A program made the translations under genes and the position numbers. Shown here one piece after another: positions 8,328-18,109 of a stretch of 64,000 nt of DNA (position 1 is its first letter; each line of letters starts with the position of its first letter). Source of the stretch: Spirochaetia bacterium (GTDB lineage Bacteria; Spirochaetota; Spirochaetia; SZUA-6; Bin103); contig CBDAOI010000003.1 of assembly GCA_965198005.1 (NCBI GenBank), positions 384,001 through 448,000 of the forward strand, written 5' to 3'. Under the pieces are notes generated by a model. That model made no database searches and had not been told where the DNA came from. It saw nothing but the letters and a program-made list of their open reading frames with translations.

Positions 8328-10645
8328 CAGCGCGGCGTCGCGGTGCCGCCGAGCGCGCCCCACTCCGCCGCCACCCGTTCGGGCAGGGCGGAGTACCGCT
8401 CCCGTTCGGCGCCACGCCGTACGGCCAGCGCAATGGCGCGCACGCTGCCGACCAGCACCACCAGCCGCCGGCCGCGGGTCACCGCCGTGTACAGCAGATT
8501 GCGGCGCAACATCACGTAGTGCTGGGTGTGCACGGGCACCACCACCGCGGGAAACTCGCTGCCCTGCGAACGGTGGATGGAAATGGCGTACGCCAGCATC
8601 AGATCGTCGGCGTCGGCGCCGCGGTAGAGCACCGGCCGCGGGCCGAAGTTCACGCGCACGGTCCCCGCCCCCGGGTCCACCTCCGCCACTTGGCCGATGT
8701 CGCCGTTGTAGACCTCCAACTGATAGTTGTTGCGGGTCTGCAGCACGCGGTCGCCGGGGCGCAGGCCCGGCGTCTCGGCGGCGTCGGGCGGGTCGCCGTG
8801 CGTGCCGGCGGCGCCGGCGGCGCCGGCGTGCGGCGGCACGGTTTGCGGCCGGCCCAGCCGGGCGCGCAGCAGGGCGTTGAGCCGGGTGGTGCCGAGCGGC
8901 CCGCGATTCATCGGCGACAGCACCTGGATCTCGGTGTGCGGATCGAGACCGAACCGCCGGGGGATGCGGGAGGTCACCAGTGTCTCCACGGTGTGCGCCA
9001 CCTGCTCCGGGTCGGAGCGCAGGATCAGGTAGAAGTCGGACGCGCCGGTTGCGCCCGCGGCCGCGCGCGCGTCGAACTCGCCGCGGTTGATGGCGTGCGC
9101 CGCCTGGACGATGCGGCTGGCGGCCGACTGGCGGAACACCTCGGTCAAGCGCACGGTGGGAATCACGGCGATCGCCGCGAGGTCGGCCAGCACCGCGCCC
9201 GGCCCCACCGACGGGAGCTGATCGGCGTCGCCCACGAACAAAACCCGGCAGCCGTCGGGGGTGGCGTCGAGCAACGCCGCCAGCAGCTCCAGCTCCAGCA
9301 TCGACGCTTCGTCCACCACCAGCACGTCCGCCGCCAGCGGGAAGTCCCGGGTACGGCCGAAGGCGCCGTCGCGGGGGCTGAACTCGAGCAGCCGATGGAT
9401 GGTGGCGGCGCGCAGTCCGGTGGCTTCCTCGAGGCGCTTGGCGGCGCGTCCGGTCGGCGCCGCCAGCACCACCTGTGCGCGCGCCCGCGTGAAGCTGTGC
9501 GCGATCCAGCGCACCAGGGTGGTCTTGCCGGTGCCGGGACCGCCGGTGAGGACCGCCACCTTGTGGCGCAGCAGGGCGCCGGTGGCGGTGCGCTGCGCCG
9601 GCGACAGCTCGACGCCCGTCGCGGGGTCGGCGGTGCCGGCGGACGGGCCGGGCCCGCTGGCGCGGGCGCGCACCAGCGCCGCCAGCCGCCGGGACGCGCG
9701 CTGCTCGGCCGCGTGCAGGTGGGGGAGGTACACCGCGTCCGGCGCGCTGCCGTCCGGCGCCCGGTTCGCCGCAGCCGGCGCGCTGCGCCCAACGGCCAGC
9801 CGCCCGTCAGCCAGCAGCGCGGCGATTGCCGCCTCCACCCGCGGCCGGTCGTCCAGCTCCAGCAGCGCGGCGGTGCGCTGCCGCAGTTCTCCGGCCGGCA
9901 GGTACACGTCGCCGGCGGTGGCGGCCTCGGCCAGCGCGTGCCGCACGCCGGCCTCCACGCGTCGCGGCGAGTCGGCCGCGATGCCCAGCTTGGCGGCAAT
10001 CTGGTCGGCGGTCTTGAAGCCCATGCCGGCCACCTGCTCGGCCACCCGATACGGGTCTTCCTCCAGCACGGCGCGCGCGCGGTCGCCGAACCGGCGGTAG
10101 ATGCGCATGGCGCGGGCGGCGGAGATGCCGTGCGACTGCAGGAACAACAGGGTGCCGTGGCGAGCGCGCTGCGCCCGCCAAGCCGCCGCCGCGCGCTCGG
10201 CGCGCACCGCGCCGATGCCAGGCACCTCGCGCAGCCGCCGGCTGGCACGGTCGAGCACGTCGAGCGTCTCCAGACCGAAGTGGGCGACCAGCCGCCGGGC
10301 GAACACCGGCCCGATGCCGGGCACCAGGCCCGATCCGAGATAGTGTTCCAGCCCGGTGACGGTGCGCGGCGTGATGGCCGCGAACGATTCCACCTCGAGG
10401 CGCCGGCCGTACTTCGGGTGATTGGTCCAGGCACCGGTGACGCGCAGGGTCTCGCCCGGACGCGTGCCGAGCAGATTGCCGACCGCGATTACCTCGCTGC
10501 CGGCGCCGTCGCGCAGCGCCACCACCGCGTAGCCGCTCTCCTCGTGCTGGTACACGACGCGCGCCACCGCCCCTTCGACCACGGTCTGCGGCGCTGGCGG
10601 CGCCTCCGGACGTGGGTTCGCGTCCCGCGCGGGAGGCTGGCGCAA
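8327..10645 (-). CDS. recD2: ATP-dependent RecD2-like DNA helicase
   Basis: N-terminal HPKYG..., HhH repeats, TGGPGTGKTT, VVDEASM, GDADQLPSVGPG, AYAISIHRSQGSEF, RNLLYTAVTR. Confidence 0.95.
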   Translation of the reverse strand: MRQPPARDANPRPEAPPAPQTVVEGAVARVVYQHEESGYAVVALRDGAGSEVIAVGNLLGTRPGETLRVTGAWTNHPKYGRRLEVESFAAITPRTVTGLEHYLGSGLVPGIGPVFARRLVAHFGLETLDVLDRASRRLREVPGIGAVRAERAAAAWRAQRARHGTLLFLQSHGISAARAMRIYRRFGDRARAVLEEDPYRVAEQVAGMGFKTADQIAAKLGIAADSPRRVEAGVRHALAEAATAGDVYLPAGELRQRTAALLELDDRPRVEAAIAALLADGRLAVGRSAPAAANRAPDGSAPDAVYLPHLHAAEQRASRRLAALVRARASGPGPSAGTADPATGVELSPAQRTATGALLRHKVAVLTGGPGTGKTTLVRWIAHSFTRARAQVVLAAPTGRAAKRLEEATGLRAATIHRLLEFSPRDGAFGRTRDFPLAADVLVVDEASMLELELLAALLDATPDGCRVLFVGDADQLPSVGPGAVLADLAAIAVIPTVRLTEVFRQSAASRIVQAAHAINRGEFDARAAAGATGASDFYLILRSDPEQVAHTVETLVTSRIPRRFGLDPHTEIQVLSPMNRGPLGTTRLNALLRARLGRPQTVPPHAGAAGAAGTHGDPPDAAETPGLRPGDRVLQTRNNYQLEVYNGDIGQVAEVDPGAGTVRVNFGPRPVLYRGADADDLMLAYAISIHRSQGSEFPAVVVPVHTQHYVMLRRNLLYTAVTRGRRLVVLVGSVRAIALAVRRGAERERYSALPERVAAEWGALGGTATPR

Positions 10646-10658
10646 AACCGCCGGACTC

Positions 10659-11501
10659 CTAGCTCGCGCCGCGGCGCGCGGTGACGCCGAGCAACTCGAT
10701 CATGAAGGCGCTCAGGTCGTGATCGCCGGTGTGGCGGTAGGCGTGATTGAGGTTCTGGAGCACGCGCTGCACCGTGTGCAGGGCGCTGGCGCCGGCGCGC
10801 AGGGTCTGGAACTGGCGCCGATAGGCGCTCGAGTTCAGCAGACGCTCGGCCTCCACCAGCCGCCCACCGTCGAAGCAGTCCACCAGCACCAGGCGGCCGT
10901 TGTGGATGGCGCGCGCCAGGAAGTGGCGCGGCACGTTGCAGCCCTCGATGTCGAAGCCGAGGCGGTGGCCCAGCAGCACGTAGATCAGCGCCAAGCTGAT
11001 CGGTATCCCCTTGCGGGAGAGAATCACCGAGATCAGATTGCTGTTCATGGGGTTGAGGTAATCTTCGCGGTTGCCGCGCAGCCCCTGCTCCTGGAACAGG
11101 AACCGGGCGAGGCTCAGCGGGTCGCGCCGGCGGTGCGCGTCGCGGTATTCGGTGGCGAGGCCGTCGAGGAGATCGCCCAGCGCAAGCGGGAAATCGGCAC
11201 CGAGCTGGAAGCGGGCGATCAGGCCGAGGGCGGTCTCGATCTGGGGCGAACGTCCCTCGGCGGCGGACCAGCTCGGCCAGTGGCGGCGCAGCCAGCTCTT
11301 GCGCTGGAGGGTCAGAACCCGGCGCAACGCGGCGTGCTGATCGTCGGTGAGCTGCGCCAGATAGGGCTCCACCAGCCGTTCCAAGTGTGGCCCGAGGCCC
11401 TCCAGCGCGCGCCGGACGCGGCGCCGCACGCTCGCGACCTCGTCGTCGAGAAGTTGCAGGAGAAATGGTAGCTGCTCTCGGGTATCCGTCACGGACGTCA
11501 A
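10659..11501 (-). CDS. Transglutaminase-like SirB1-family protein
   Basis: GNREDY.NP.NS...V...KGIPISLAL.Y, GCNVPRHFL, VDCFDGG. Confidence 0.8.
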   Translation of the reverse strand: MTSVTDTREQLPFLLQLLDDEVASVRRRVRRALEGLGPHLERLVEPYLAQLTDDQHAALRRVLTLQRKSWLRRHWPSWSAAEGRSPQIETALGLIARFQLGADFPLALGDLLDGLATEYRDAHRRRDPLSLARFLFQEQGLRGNREDYLNPMNSNLISVILSRKGIPISLALIYVLLGHRLGFDIEGCNVPRHFLARAIHNGRLVLVDCFDGGRLVEAERLLNSSAYRRQFQTLRAGASALHTVQRVLQNLNHAYRHTGDHDLSAFMIELLGVTARRGAS

Positions 11502-11561
11502 CCTGCTCCGGCCAGCCTACCCCCAGTCGCGCCGCGAATCAAGCGCCGGATCGGTGCGTCG

Positions 11562-12458
11562 GAGCTGATTGCACAGTCCGCCTCGGGATGGCCGAAACGG
11601 CCGTTACCGTAGCCGAAACATTGGGTGGTGAGGGTCGGGCTCGGAGCGTCCCACGTCATTCTCCCATAGACCGACGGGTAGGTCGCTCCGCTCGCCCTCG
11701 TGTGACACCTCGCGCGCAGTCGCTCAGGCCAGTCACGCCACGTCCCCCCCCGGATTGGATGCCCTGATCCGTTCGACGTTCAGCGGGCTGAGCCGGCTGG
11801 CCGCATGCAGCGCGTCGCCCGGATCGACGACGCCGGCCTCAAGTGACGGCAGCCCCCCGATTGTCGCCCGGACCGTATTGGGGATGCCGTGGGGAGCGGG
11901 CAGCGTGATCGGCCCGAGCGTCGAACCGACCAGTACCAACCTCTTGCGCGTCTGCGGCAACCCGACCATCCGTCCATCGACGATGTCGTAGTCGACGTGA
12001 TATCCCCCGAGGCCGTCGACGAACTCACGAAACACCTGTTGATCACGCAGCGGAGGAACGTTCTCCATCGTGACGAGATCCGGCTTGAGATCGCTGATCA
12101 GTTCGCCGAACCTGCGCAGCAATACCTAATCATGCGAGCCATGACGCCGCAGGCCTCCGCGTCGCCCCCGCTTGGCACTGCGGGAATAGGTCGAAAACGG
12201 CTGACATGGCGCGCAACCTGCGAGAAGCGAAACGCCCTTGGCCGCGAACGCCGGTGCGAGATCCTCCGCTCGAAGCCGCATCACGTCGGCGTTGACGAAT
12301 GTGGCCGCGTTGTTGGCCTCGAACGCGTACTGACATGCTGGATCGAGATCGACCCCCATGGCCACGTCTATACCAGCCCGCCCGAGGCCCTGTGTGAGGC
12401 CTCCGACCCCGCAGAACAGATCGATCGCCGTGATCCGTCTTGGCGATCGCTTGCCCAT
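11562..12458 (-). pseudogene. dcm: DNA (cytosine-5) methyltransferase with nonsense codon, +1 frameshift and truncation
   Basis: IDLFCGVGG, GCAPCQPFS, MENVP, PQTRKR. In-frame TAG at 12126-12128. G8 run at 11744-11751 shifts frame before SVYGRMTWDAPSPTLTTQC..GNGRFGHP. Confidence 0.85.
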
Positions 12459-13330
12459 CAAGCCGCATTCTCCTGGAGAAACGCGGCATCGGAGGTGGTC
12501 ACCTTCAGGAACTCGTGATCGCCTGCCCAATCGACCGTCCGGATGGGCTCATTCAACAGGTCGGAACGCTGCCTGAGCGCAAGGCCGGAGCCGACGGCGA
12601 TCGCTTCATAGCGAGCGCGCGGGACCTGTCTTGCAGTGACGGTCTTTCGAAAACCGTGTGGAAACGCCATGCCGACGAACTCCACCATACGGCCGAACTC
12701 GTCCCTGAGTCTTTCGATGATCTCTAGCGTTGATCAGCCTCTGGGAGATCGGAGTGAGTTTGACGAATGCGTCGTATCGCGCGCACTCGATCACGAGGTC
12801 GGTGAAGTCTCCGGGCAGCGATCCCCTGCGAACTTCCGCATCGTTCGCCGATCGCCCCCCGGTGTTGATACGAGCGAACATCTCGGTACGAGTGGCGGTG
12901 GTGGTCGCGTTCTCCAATACGATCCCGCGCAAGGTCCGTGCATTGAATTTCCGCTGTCGGGCTTCGGACAAGTCTCGATAGTGGAAGTCGTTCGTCTCCG
13001 GGAGCAGTTCGAGCTTCGTCAACTTCAGGTCATTGTCCATGAACCGGCGCAGCGTCCGCATCCGCTGGGATCCATCGACGATCTCCAGACGAAGGGAATC
13101 GGAAGCCCGATCAGGACCGACTCTATAAAGCGTGATTGCACCGCATCGTCCCAGATCATCTCACGCTGGTATTCGGGTACGTAGTATTCCTTTGAACGGA
13201 CCTTTTCCGCGACGAACTCGACGGTGTAGTCGGTAACGATGAAACGAACGCTGAGCTCGAGGTTTCGAATCGCCTCTTCCGCGGCATGCTTCATTTGTGC
13301 CGAAAGCTGTTGTCGAATGCGCGCGGCCAT
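12458..13330 (-). pseudogene. DUF262 (GmrSD/ParB-like) protein with two frameshifting deletions
   Basis: VPEYQRE.IW...SRFIES...GLPIP, then EIVDGSQR, FARINTGG, and a C-terminal piece in a further frame. TGATG overlap with dcm. Confidence 0.8.
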
Positions 13331-13422
13331 CGATCTCACCTCGCCCTTGGTGGTTGAGCACTATACACCATGGTCCGGTGAAGCTGTAAAGGGGGGCGGC
13401 GGCCCTGAGACCGGCCCTGGGC

Positions 13423-13641
13423 ATGGAAGCCGACGACGAGCCGCCGGCGGGCATGCTGACCCGGTGGGGCGGCGGCGCTCACCGTGGGCGGGTGAGCCTC
13501 GTCGAGTACGGCGGCTCCGAGATCGAGGTTGCCGAGGTCGCAAACATCACCGCTCGGACGCTTGACCACTGGCTCCGTGGGCGAGAGCGCGAATTCGAGA
13601 CCGGCCTCGACCTGTCGTCACAGAATCGAGCGGCCGGCTGA
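13423..13641 (+). CDS. Hypothetical protein, possibly a fragment
   Basis: 72-aa ORF with ATG start and no recognised motif. Confidence 0.3.
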   Translation: MEADDEPPAGMLTRWGGGAHRGRVSLVEYGGSEIEVAEVANITARTLDHWLRGREREFETGLDLSSQNRAAG

Positions 13642-13719
13642 GCGCCGCTACGGCAGAGGCAGTTCGCCGCCGCACCGGCATCGGGTCTCTACTTCTTCCC
13701 GGTGGACCTGGACCGGGCG

Positions 13720-14062
13720 CGCCCCGCATCGGTGACGCGTCTGGAGGTGGGGCTCCGCCATGACGGCGGCGACGCCGAGACCGGGTTCGGGCTCGACCTC
13801 GGCGGCGGGCTCGCGGCCGAGTTGCGCGCGCGCGGGCTCCTGACCCCGGAGGCCGGCGGCTTCCGCGACCGCGGCATCGCGGGCTCGCTGATCTGGGACC
13901 CACCCCCGCGGAGCGACCGGGGGGTGAAGCTCACGCTCCGGCAGACCTTCGGAGCCTCGGCGACGGGCGGCGTGGACGCGCTACTGTCGCTCGGACACGG
14001 AGCGCCGCTACAGCCTCGGCTGGCGGCTTGCCCTGGCGCAGCGCGGCCCGGCGACGCTGGCG
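13720..14062 (+). pseudogene. Fragment of an autotransporter-like outer-membrane beta-domain
   Basis: RLEVGLRHDGGDAETGFGLDLGGGL...LRARGLL..E..GFRDRG...WDP...GGVDALL, then (other frame) RRYSLGWRL. Confidence 0.6.
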
Positions 14063-14286
14063 CTCAACCTCAAGAACCGCTATTGCCCGAAGTGCAAAAA
14101 CCCAGTACACTTCACACGTCCCACCCGTTGTGCCCGCCGGTATCGCTGGCGGCTAATCGCAATGTCGCAAGATACGTTGTGCGGATTGGAAACATGGCTG
14201 GATTCTGGGATCAACCAGGGAGCCGGGCCATGCTGTGAACCGCTACGGCAAGAGCTTTGCTCCCCTGCACAGTGAAGGGGAGACGA

Positions 14287-14724
14287 ATGAGACGAATCTA
14301 TCCAGCAGCGTTGTTCGGGTTGGCACTGCTTGCCAGCGGTTGCGCGGGGGCCAAAGTGATTCCGGAGACGGTGCTCAGCGCTATCTCCGCGATAAGTGAC
14401 CCCACAGTGATCGGGGATCGCATCGACATACAAGAAGTGAGCGACCGGGGAGACTACGTCTACATCATGATCTTCATCGGTTCACCTCTGGGCGAATTCA
14501 CGACCTTGGATGACGGGCTCACCCGAGCGCAAACGGCGACCCTTGCGCTCGCCCATGCGTCAGTCGAGATGATCAACCAGCACGATATCAACAAGGACGT
14601 CCGCGTCTGGGCTCAGCTGCCCCTCCGCGACGGCGGCGTTACGGTTCTGGGTCATGCCGCATACGAGGCCCGGAGCAAGTCATTTCAGGAGTTCGAGCGA
14701 TTTACGTCGTCCGCCGGTTCATAG
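14287..14724 (+). CDS. Hypothetical lipoprotein
   Basis: Signal peptide with lipobox LASGC. GGGGAG Shine-Dalgarno. Confidence 0.7.
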   Translation: MRRIYPAALFGLALLASGCAGAKVIPETVLSAISAISDPTVIGDRIDIQEVSDRGDYVYIMIFIGSPLGEFTTLDDGLTRAQTATLALAHASVEMINQHDINKDVRVWAQLPLRDGGVTVLGHAAYEARSKSFQEFERFTSSAGS

Positions 14725-15007
14725 CATAGGGCCCAAACCGCCATGCGCGCGATCCACAATGGGCACCCGACTTTGCGCCGCCGACGAACACCATCTTCTT
14801 AGGATCTGCCTACGCCGAGCGGTACGCCGGTGAGGTCATGCCGTGCCGCCGGCACCGGAGCCGAATTCCGCTCCGGCTGGCGGCGTCCGCGGTGTTGGAG
14901 AACACTCGGTGGAAGCACCTGTCGCGCGGTCGGCCGCAAACGTGCGCCGGCGTGGCGCGCGGGGTTGCGTCACGGCGATGCCGGTTCTATCCTGCGGCGA
15001 GAAACGA

Positions 15008-15262
15008 ATGTCCAATCACAGCGGTAGTCACATGTTGAACAGCTTGCTCGTCATGCTCGAGCGGGAGTCGTACTTCTCCGAGATTGGGCCGGACAAGACC
15101 ACCGATTTCGTCGATCACGTCATCCGTCTTGCCAGAGAACACGACGGCAACCCCGGCGAGGTCCTTGACGGTATCGGTCAACGGCTCGGTATCTGTTACC
15201 GATGCTTCCGGCGCAGCGATGATCTCGACGCCGGACTGTGTGTCTCATGCCGACACCGGTGA
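15008..15262 (+). CDS. Small hypothetical protein with CxxC...CxxC C-terminus
   Basis: ICYRC...LCVSC, a possible zinc-binding site. Confidence 0.5.
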   Translation: MSNHSGSHMLNSLLVMLERESYFSEIGPDKTTDFVDHVIRLAREHDGNPGEVLDGIGQRLGICYRCFRRSDDLDAGLCVSCRHR

Positions 15263-15289
15263 CCGGCGGGTCAAGGACGATTTCGGAGC

Positions 15290-15682
15290 ATGTCCGATCA
15301 TTTCAACAGCTTCTTGATGAACGACGTTCTGATCCGACGTCGCGGTGAGATCCACGTCGATGCGGCATGGAGCGTGGACTACCTGCCGGGCAGAGTCGGC
15401 GGAGCCGTGTATCTCCATCGCGATGCGCTTGAGAGGCATGACGCCGATCTCCTCGGCACCGTCTGTTCGTTCGGTTCGGCGGCAGGCGCCCGGTTCAGGT
15501 GGAACGTCTGCAAGCTGTCGCCGCACCGGCATCGGGTCTCTCTTCTTCACTACCCGAGGTTCCGAGACGACGCGCATCCGGTGCTCGCTGCAGCCGCAAG
15601 CTTCGACCTCAACGACGGCACCGCCCGTGATAACGCTGTTCGTACTGCTCGGCTGCCTCTGCCCCCGCGCCTTTATAAGTGA
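15290..15682 (+). pseudogene. Fragment resembling the repeat domain of DNA phosphorothioation-associated putative methyltransferases
   Basis: GAVYLHRDAL...WNVCKL....VSLLHYPRF.DDAHPVL....DL pattern. No methyltransferase domain follows. Confidence 0.55.
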
Positions 15683-15732
15683 GCAGCGGCATTCGGAGAT
15701 CTCGTAGCGGTCGATCCGTACTGTTACCGTGC

Positions 15733-16143
15733 TCATCCGACGAAATCCTCGAGGTCTTTTTCGATTTCCGCTTCGGTGAAGCCGAGCTTGCGGTCGAGGC
15801 GGATGGTCTTGGCGACCGCGCGGTCGCGCGCCGGGGAGCGTTGGTACTCGGGGGGCAGGAGGCCCTTGGCCAGGGCTTTCTCGACCAGCGCCGCGGCCTT
15901 GGCGTCGGTCATCAGGTAGCGATCGGCGTAGCGCCGCCACGCGCCGGCACACCAGCGCAGCGCCACGAAGGTGAAGGCGCTCGCCACCACCGCGATCACG
16001 ACGTCGCGTACCCGTTCGAACGGGCTGTTGGCGTTCCAGCCGACGCCGACGCTGATGCCGAGCGAGGCCAGCACCGCGGCCGCCAGCGTCCAGGTGGCGA
16101 TCCGCCAGCGCCGCCGGTAGCGCCGCAGGGACGGGCTCTCCAT
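15733..16143 (-). CDS. Hypothetical membrane protein with two TM segments
   Basis: MESPSLRRYRRRWRIATWTLAAAVL...; TGATG overlap with the TRAP permease. Confidence 0.65.
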   Translation of the reverse strand: MESPSLRRYRRRWRIATWTLAAAVLASLGISVGVGWNANSPFERVRDVVIAVVASAFTFVALRWCAGAWRRYADRYLMTDAKAAALVEKALAKGLLPPEYQRSPARDRAVAKTIRLDRKLGFTEAEIEKDLEDFVG

Positions 16144-18086
16144 CAGAACCGAATGACCGACAGCAGGCCGGTGGTAAGGAACGGCACGTAGGTGATCACC
16201 AGGACCACCACCAGCAACAGCAGCAGGAACGGCACGACCGTGCGGTAGATCTGGAACAGGTCGCGGTCGAACCGGTACGACGCCAGAAACAGGTTGATCC
16301 CCACCGGCGGCGTGAGATAGCCCAGCTCCAGGTTGGCGAGAAACACGATGCCGAGGTGGACCGGATGGACGCCGTACGACAACCCCAAGGGGATCAGCAG
16401 CGGCCCGAGCACCACGATGGCGGAGAAGATGTCCATCAGCGCGCCGGCCGCCAGCAGGGTGAGGTTGAGCAGGATCAGGAACAGCAGGCGCGAGCTGATG
16501 GTGCCGCCCACCCACTCGACCAGCCGTGTCGGGATCTCGGCGTCCACCATGAAGTAGGAGAGTCCCTTGGCGGATGCCAGGATCACCAGCACGCCGCCGA
16601 TGATTGGCGTGCACCTGGCCAGCACCTGCGGCAGGCGGCGCAGCGAGATCTCGCGGTGCACGACCATCTCCACCAGCAGTACGTACAGCGTGGCCACCGC
16701 CGCGGTCTCCACCAGCGTGGTGACGCCGCCGAAGTACAGCAGGATGACCAGCACCGGCAGCGCCAACTCCCACCCGGCGGCGCGCGCCGCCCGCAGCGCC
16801 TGGCGCAGGTTGAACGGCTCCGGCGGCGGGCGGGCGGAGGCCGGGGTGTCGCCCGCATCGGCGGCGGCGTGCGCGCGCCGCCCCTGCACCGCCTGATAGA
16901 TGCCGAACCCCGCCAGCGCGAGCACCATCACCACGCCGGGGACGAACCCGCCGACGAACAGTTGGCGGATGTCGATCTGGGCGATGACGCCGTACATGAT
17001 GATCGGCAGCGCGGGCGGAAACAGCAGCCCGATACTGCCGGAAGCGGTGATCAGCCCGATGCTGAACCGTTCGCGGTAGCCGTTGCGCGTGAGCATGAAC
17101 AGCAGCAGTCCGCCGAGCGCGAGGATGGTGACGCCGGAGGCCCCGGTGAAGGTGGTGAAGAAGGCGCAGGTGAGCACCGCCATCACCGCCAGCCCGCCCC
17201 GAAACCAGCCGAACCAGGCGCGGAACACGCGCACCAGCCGCTCGCCCGCCTTGCTCTCCGACAGCAGGAAGCCGGCACAGGTAAACAGCGGCAGCGCCGG
17301 GACCAGGGGCTGGGACAGCATGGTGTAGGCTTCGTTGGGCACCACCTCCAGGGCGCCGCCGCTGCCCAGGAACTGCAGCAGGGTAAACCCGCTCAGGATC
17401 ACGAAGATGGGGGTGCCGATGAAGGCGGACGCCACCAGCAGCAGGACCAGCGGCAGGCGCGCCGCGGCGGCCACCGCGGCCACCGCCTCGGCCAGGCGGT
17501 AGCTGGGGTCGTAGGAAGGGAACAGCATGCCGAGCACCGACACCACCGGGGCGATGGCGAGCAGCAGGCCGGCCGCCGCGGCGCCGGCCAGGGCGAAGCG
17601 CGCGCCCAGCCCGCGCGGGCCGTTGGCCGCGAAGCGGACGGTGATCCAGGCGAACCCGACCGGCAGAATCGCCACCGCCGCCTGAATCGGGATGCCGCCC
17701 ACCCGGTGGTGCGGATCGAACGCCAGCACCAGCAGCGACAGCGAGCTGGCCGCCAGGGCGCTGGTGACCAGCACCGAGACGGCGCCGGTGGCGACGCGCA
17801 AGGGTTCGCCCCAGGCCGCGAGCGCGGTATGCAGGCCGCGGCTCAGTGCCAGGTGGGTTCCGTTGCGGGTGGCGATGATGCCGCCGAGCAGGGCCACCCA
17901 CAGCGTCAGGTGGCGCAGATACTCGGCGTTGGCGGCGATCCCGGCGTTGCGCAGCGCGCGCAGCACCACGTCCGCCGCCGGCAGCACCGCGAGCAGACCC
18001 AGGGCCAGGATGACGGCGCCATCCTCGATCCGGGCCAGCGGTGACGCGGGACCGGGGGAAGAGTCGGGTGGCGGCGGCGTGCTCAA
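16143..18086 (-). CDS. dctM: TRAP transporter fused small/large permease (DctQ-DctM)
   Basis: Highly hydrophobic. FTGASGVTILALGG, SGSIGLLFPP, LANLELGYLTPPVGINLF. Confidence 0.92.
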   Translation of the reverse strand: MSTPPPPDSSPGPASPLARIEDGAVILALGLLAVLPAADVVLRALRNAGIAANAEYLRHLTLWVALLGGIIATRNGTHLALSRGLHTALAAWGEPLRVATGAVSVLVTSALAASSLSLLVLAFDPHHRVGGIPIQAAVAILPVGFAWITVRFAANGPRGLGARFALAGAAAAGLLLAIAPVVSVLGMLFPSYDPSYRLAEAVAAVAAAARLPLVLLLVASAFIGTPIFVILSGFTLLQFLGSGGALEVVPNEAYTMLSQPLVPALPLFTCAGFLLSESKAGERLVRVFRAWFGWFRGGLAVMAVLTCAFFTTFTGASGVTILALGGLLLFMLTRNGYRERFSIGLITASGSIGLLFPPALPIIMYGVIAQIDIRQLFVGGFVPGVVMVLALAGFGIYQAVQGRRAHAAADAGDTPASARPPPEPFNLRQALRAARAAGWELALPVLVILLYFGGVTTLVETAAVATLYVLLVEMVVHREISLRRLPQVLARCTPIIGGVLVILASAKGLSYFMVDAEIPTRLVEWVGGTISSRLLFLILLNLTLLAAGALMDIFSAIVVLGPLLIPLGLSYGVHPVHLGIVFLANLELGYLTPPVGINLFLASYRFDRDLFQIYRTVVPFLLLLLVVVLVITYVPFLTTGLLSVIRF

Positions 18087-18109
18087 CCCGGGCCTCCGCG
18101 GAGCCGCGC

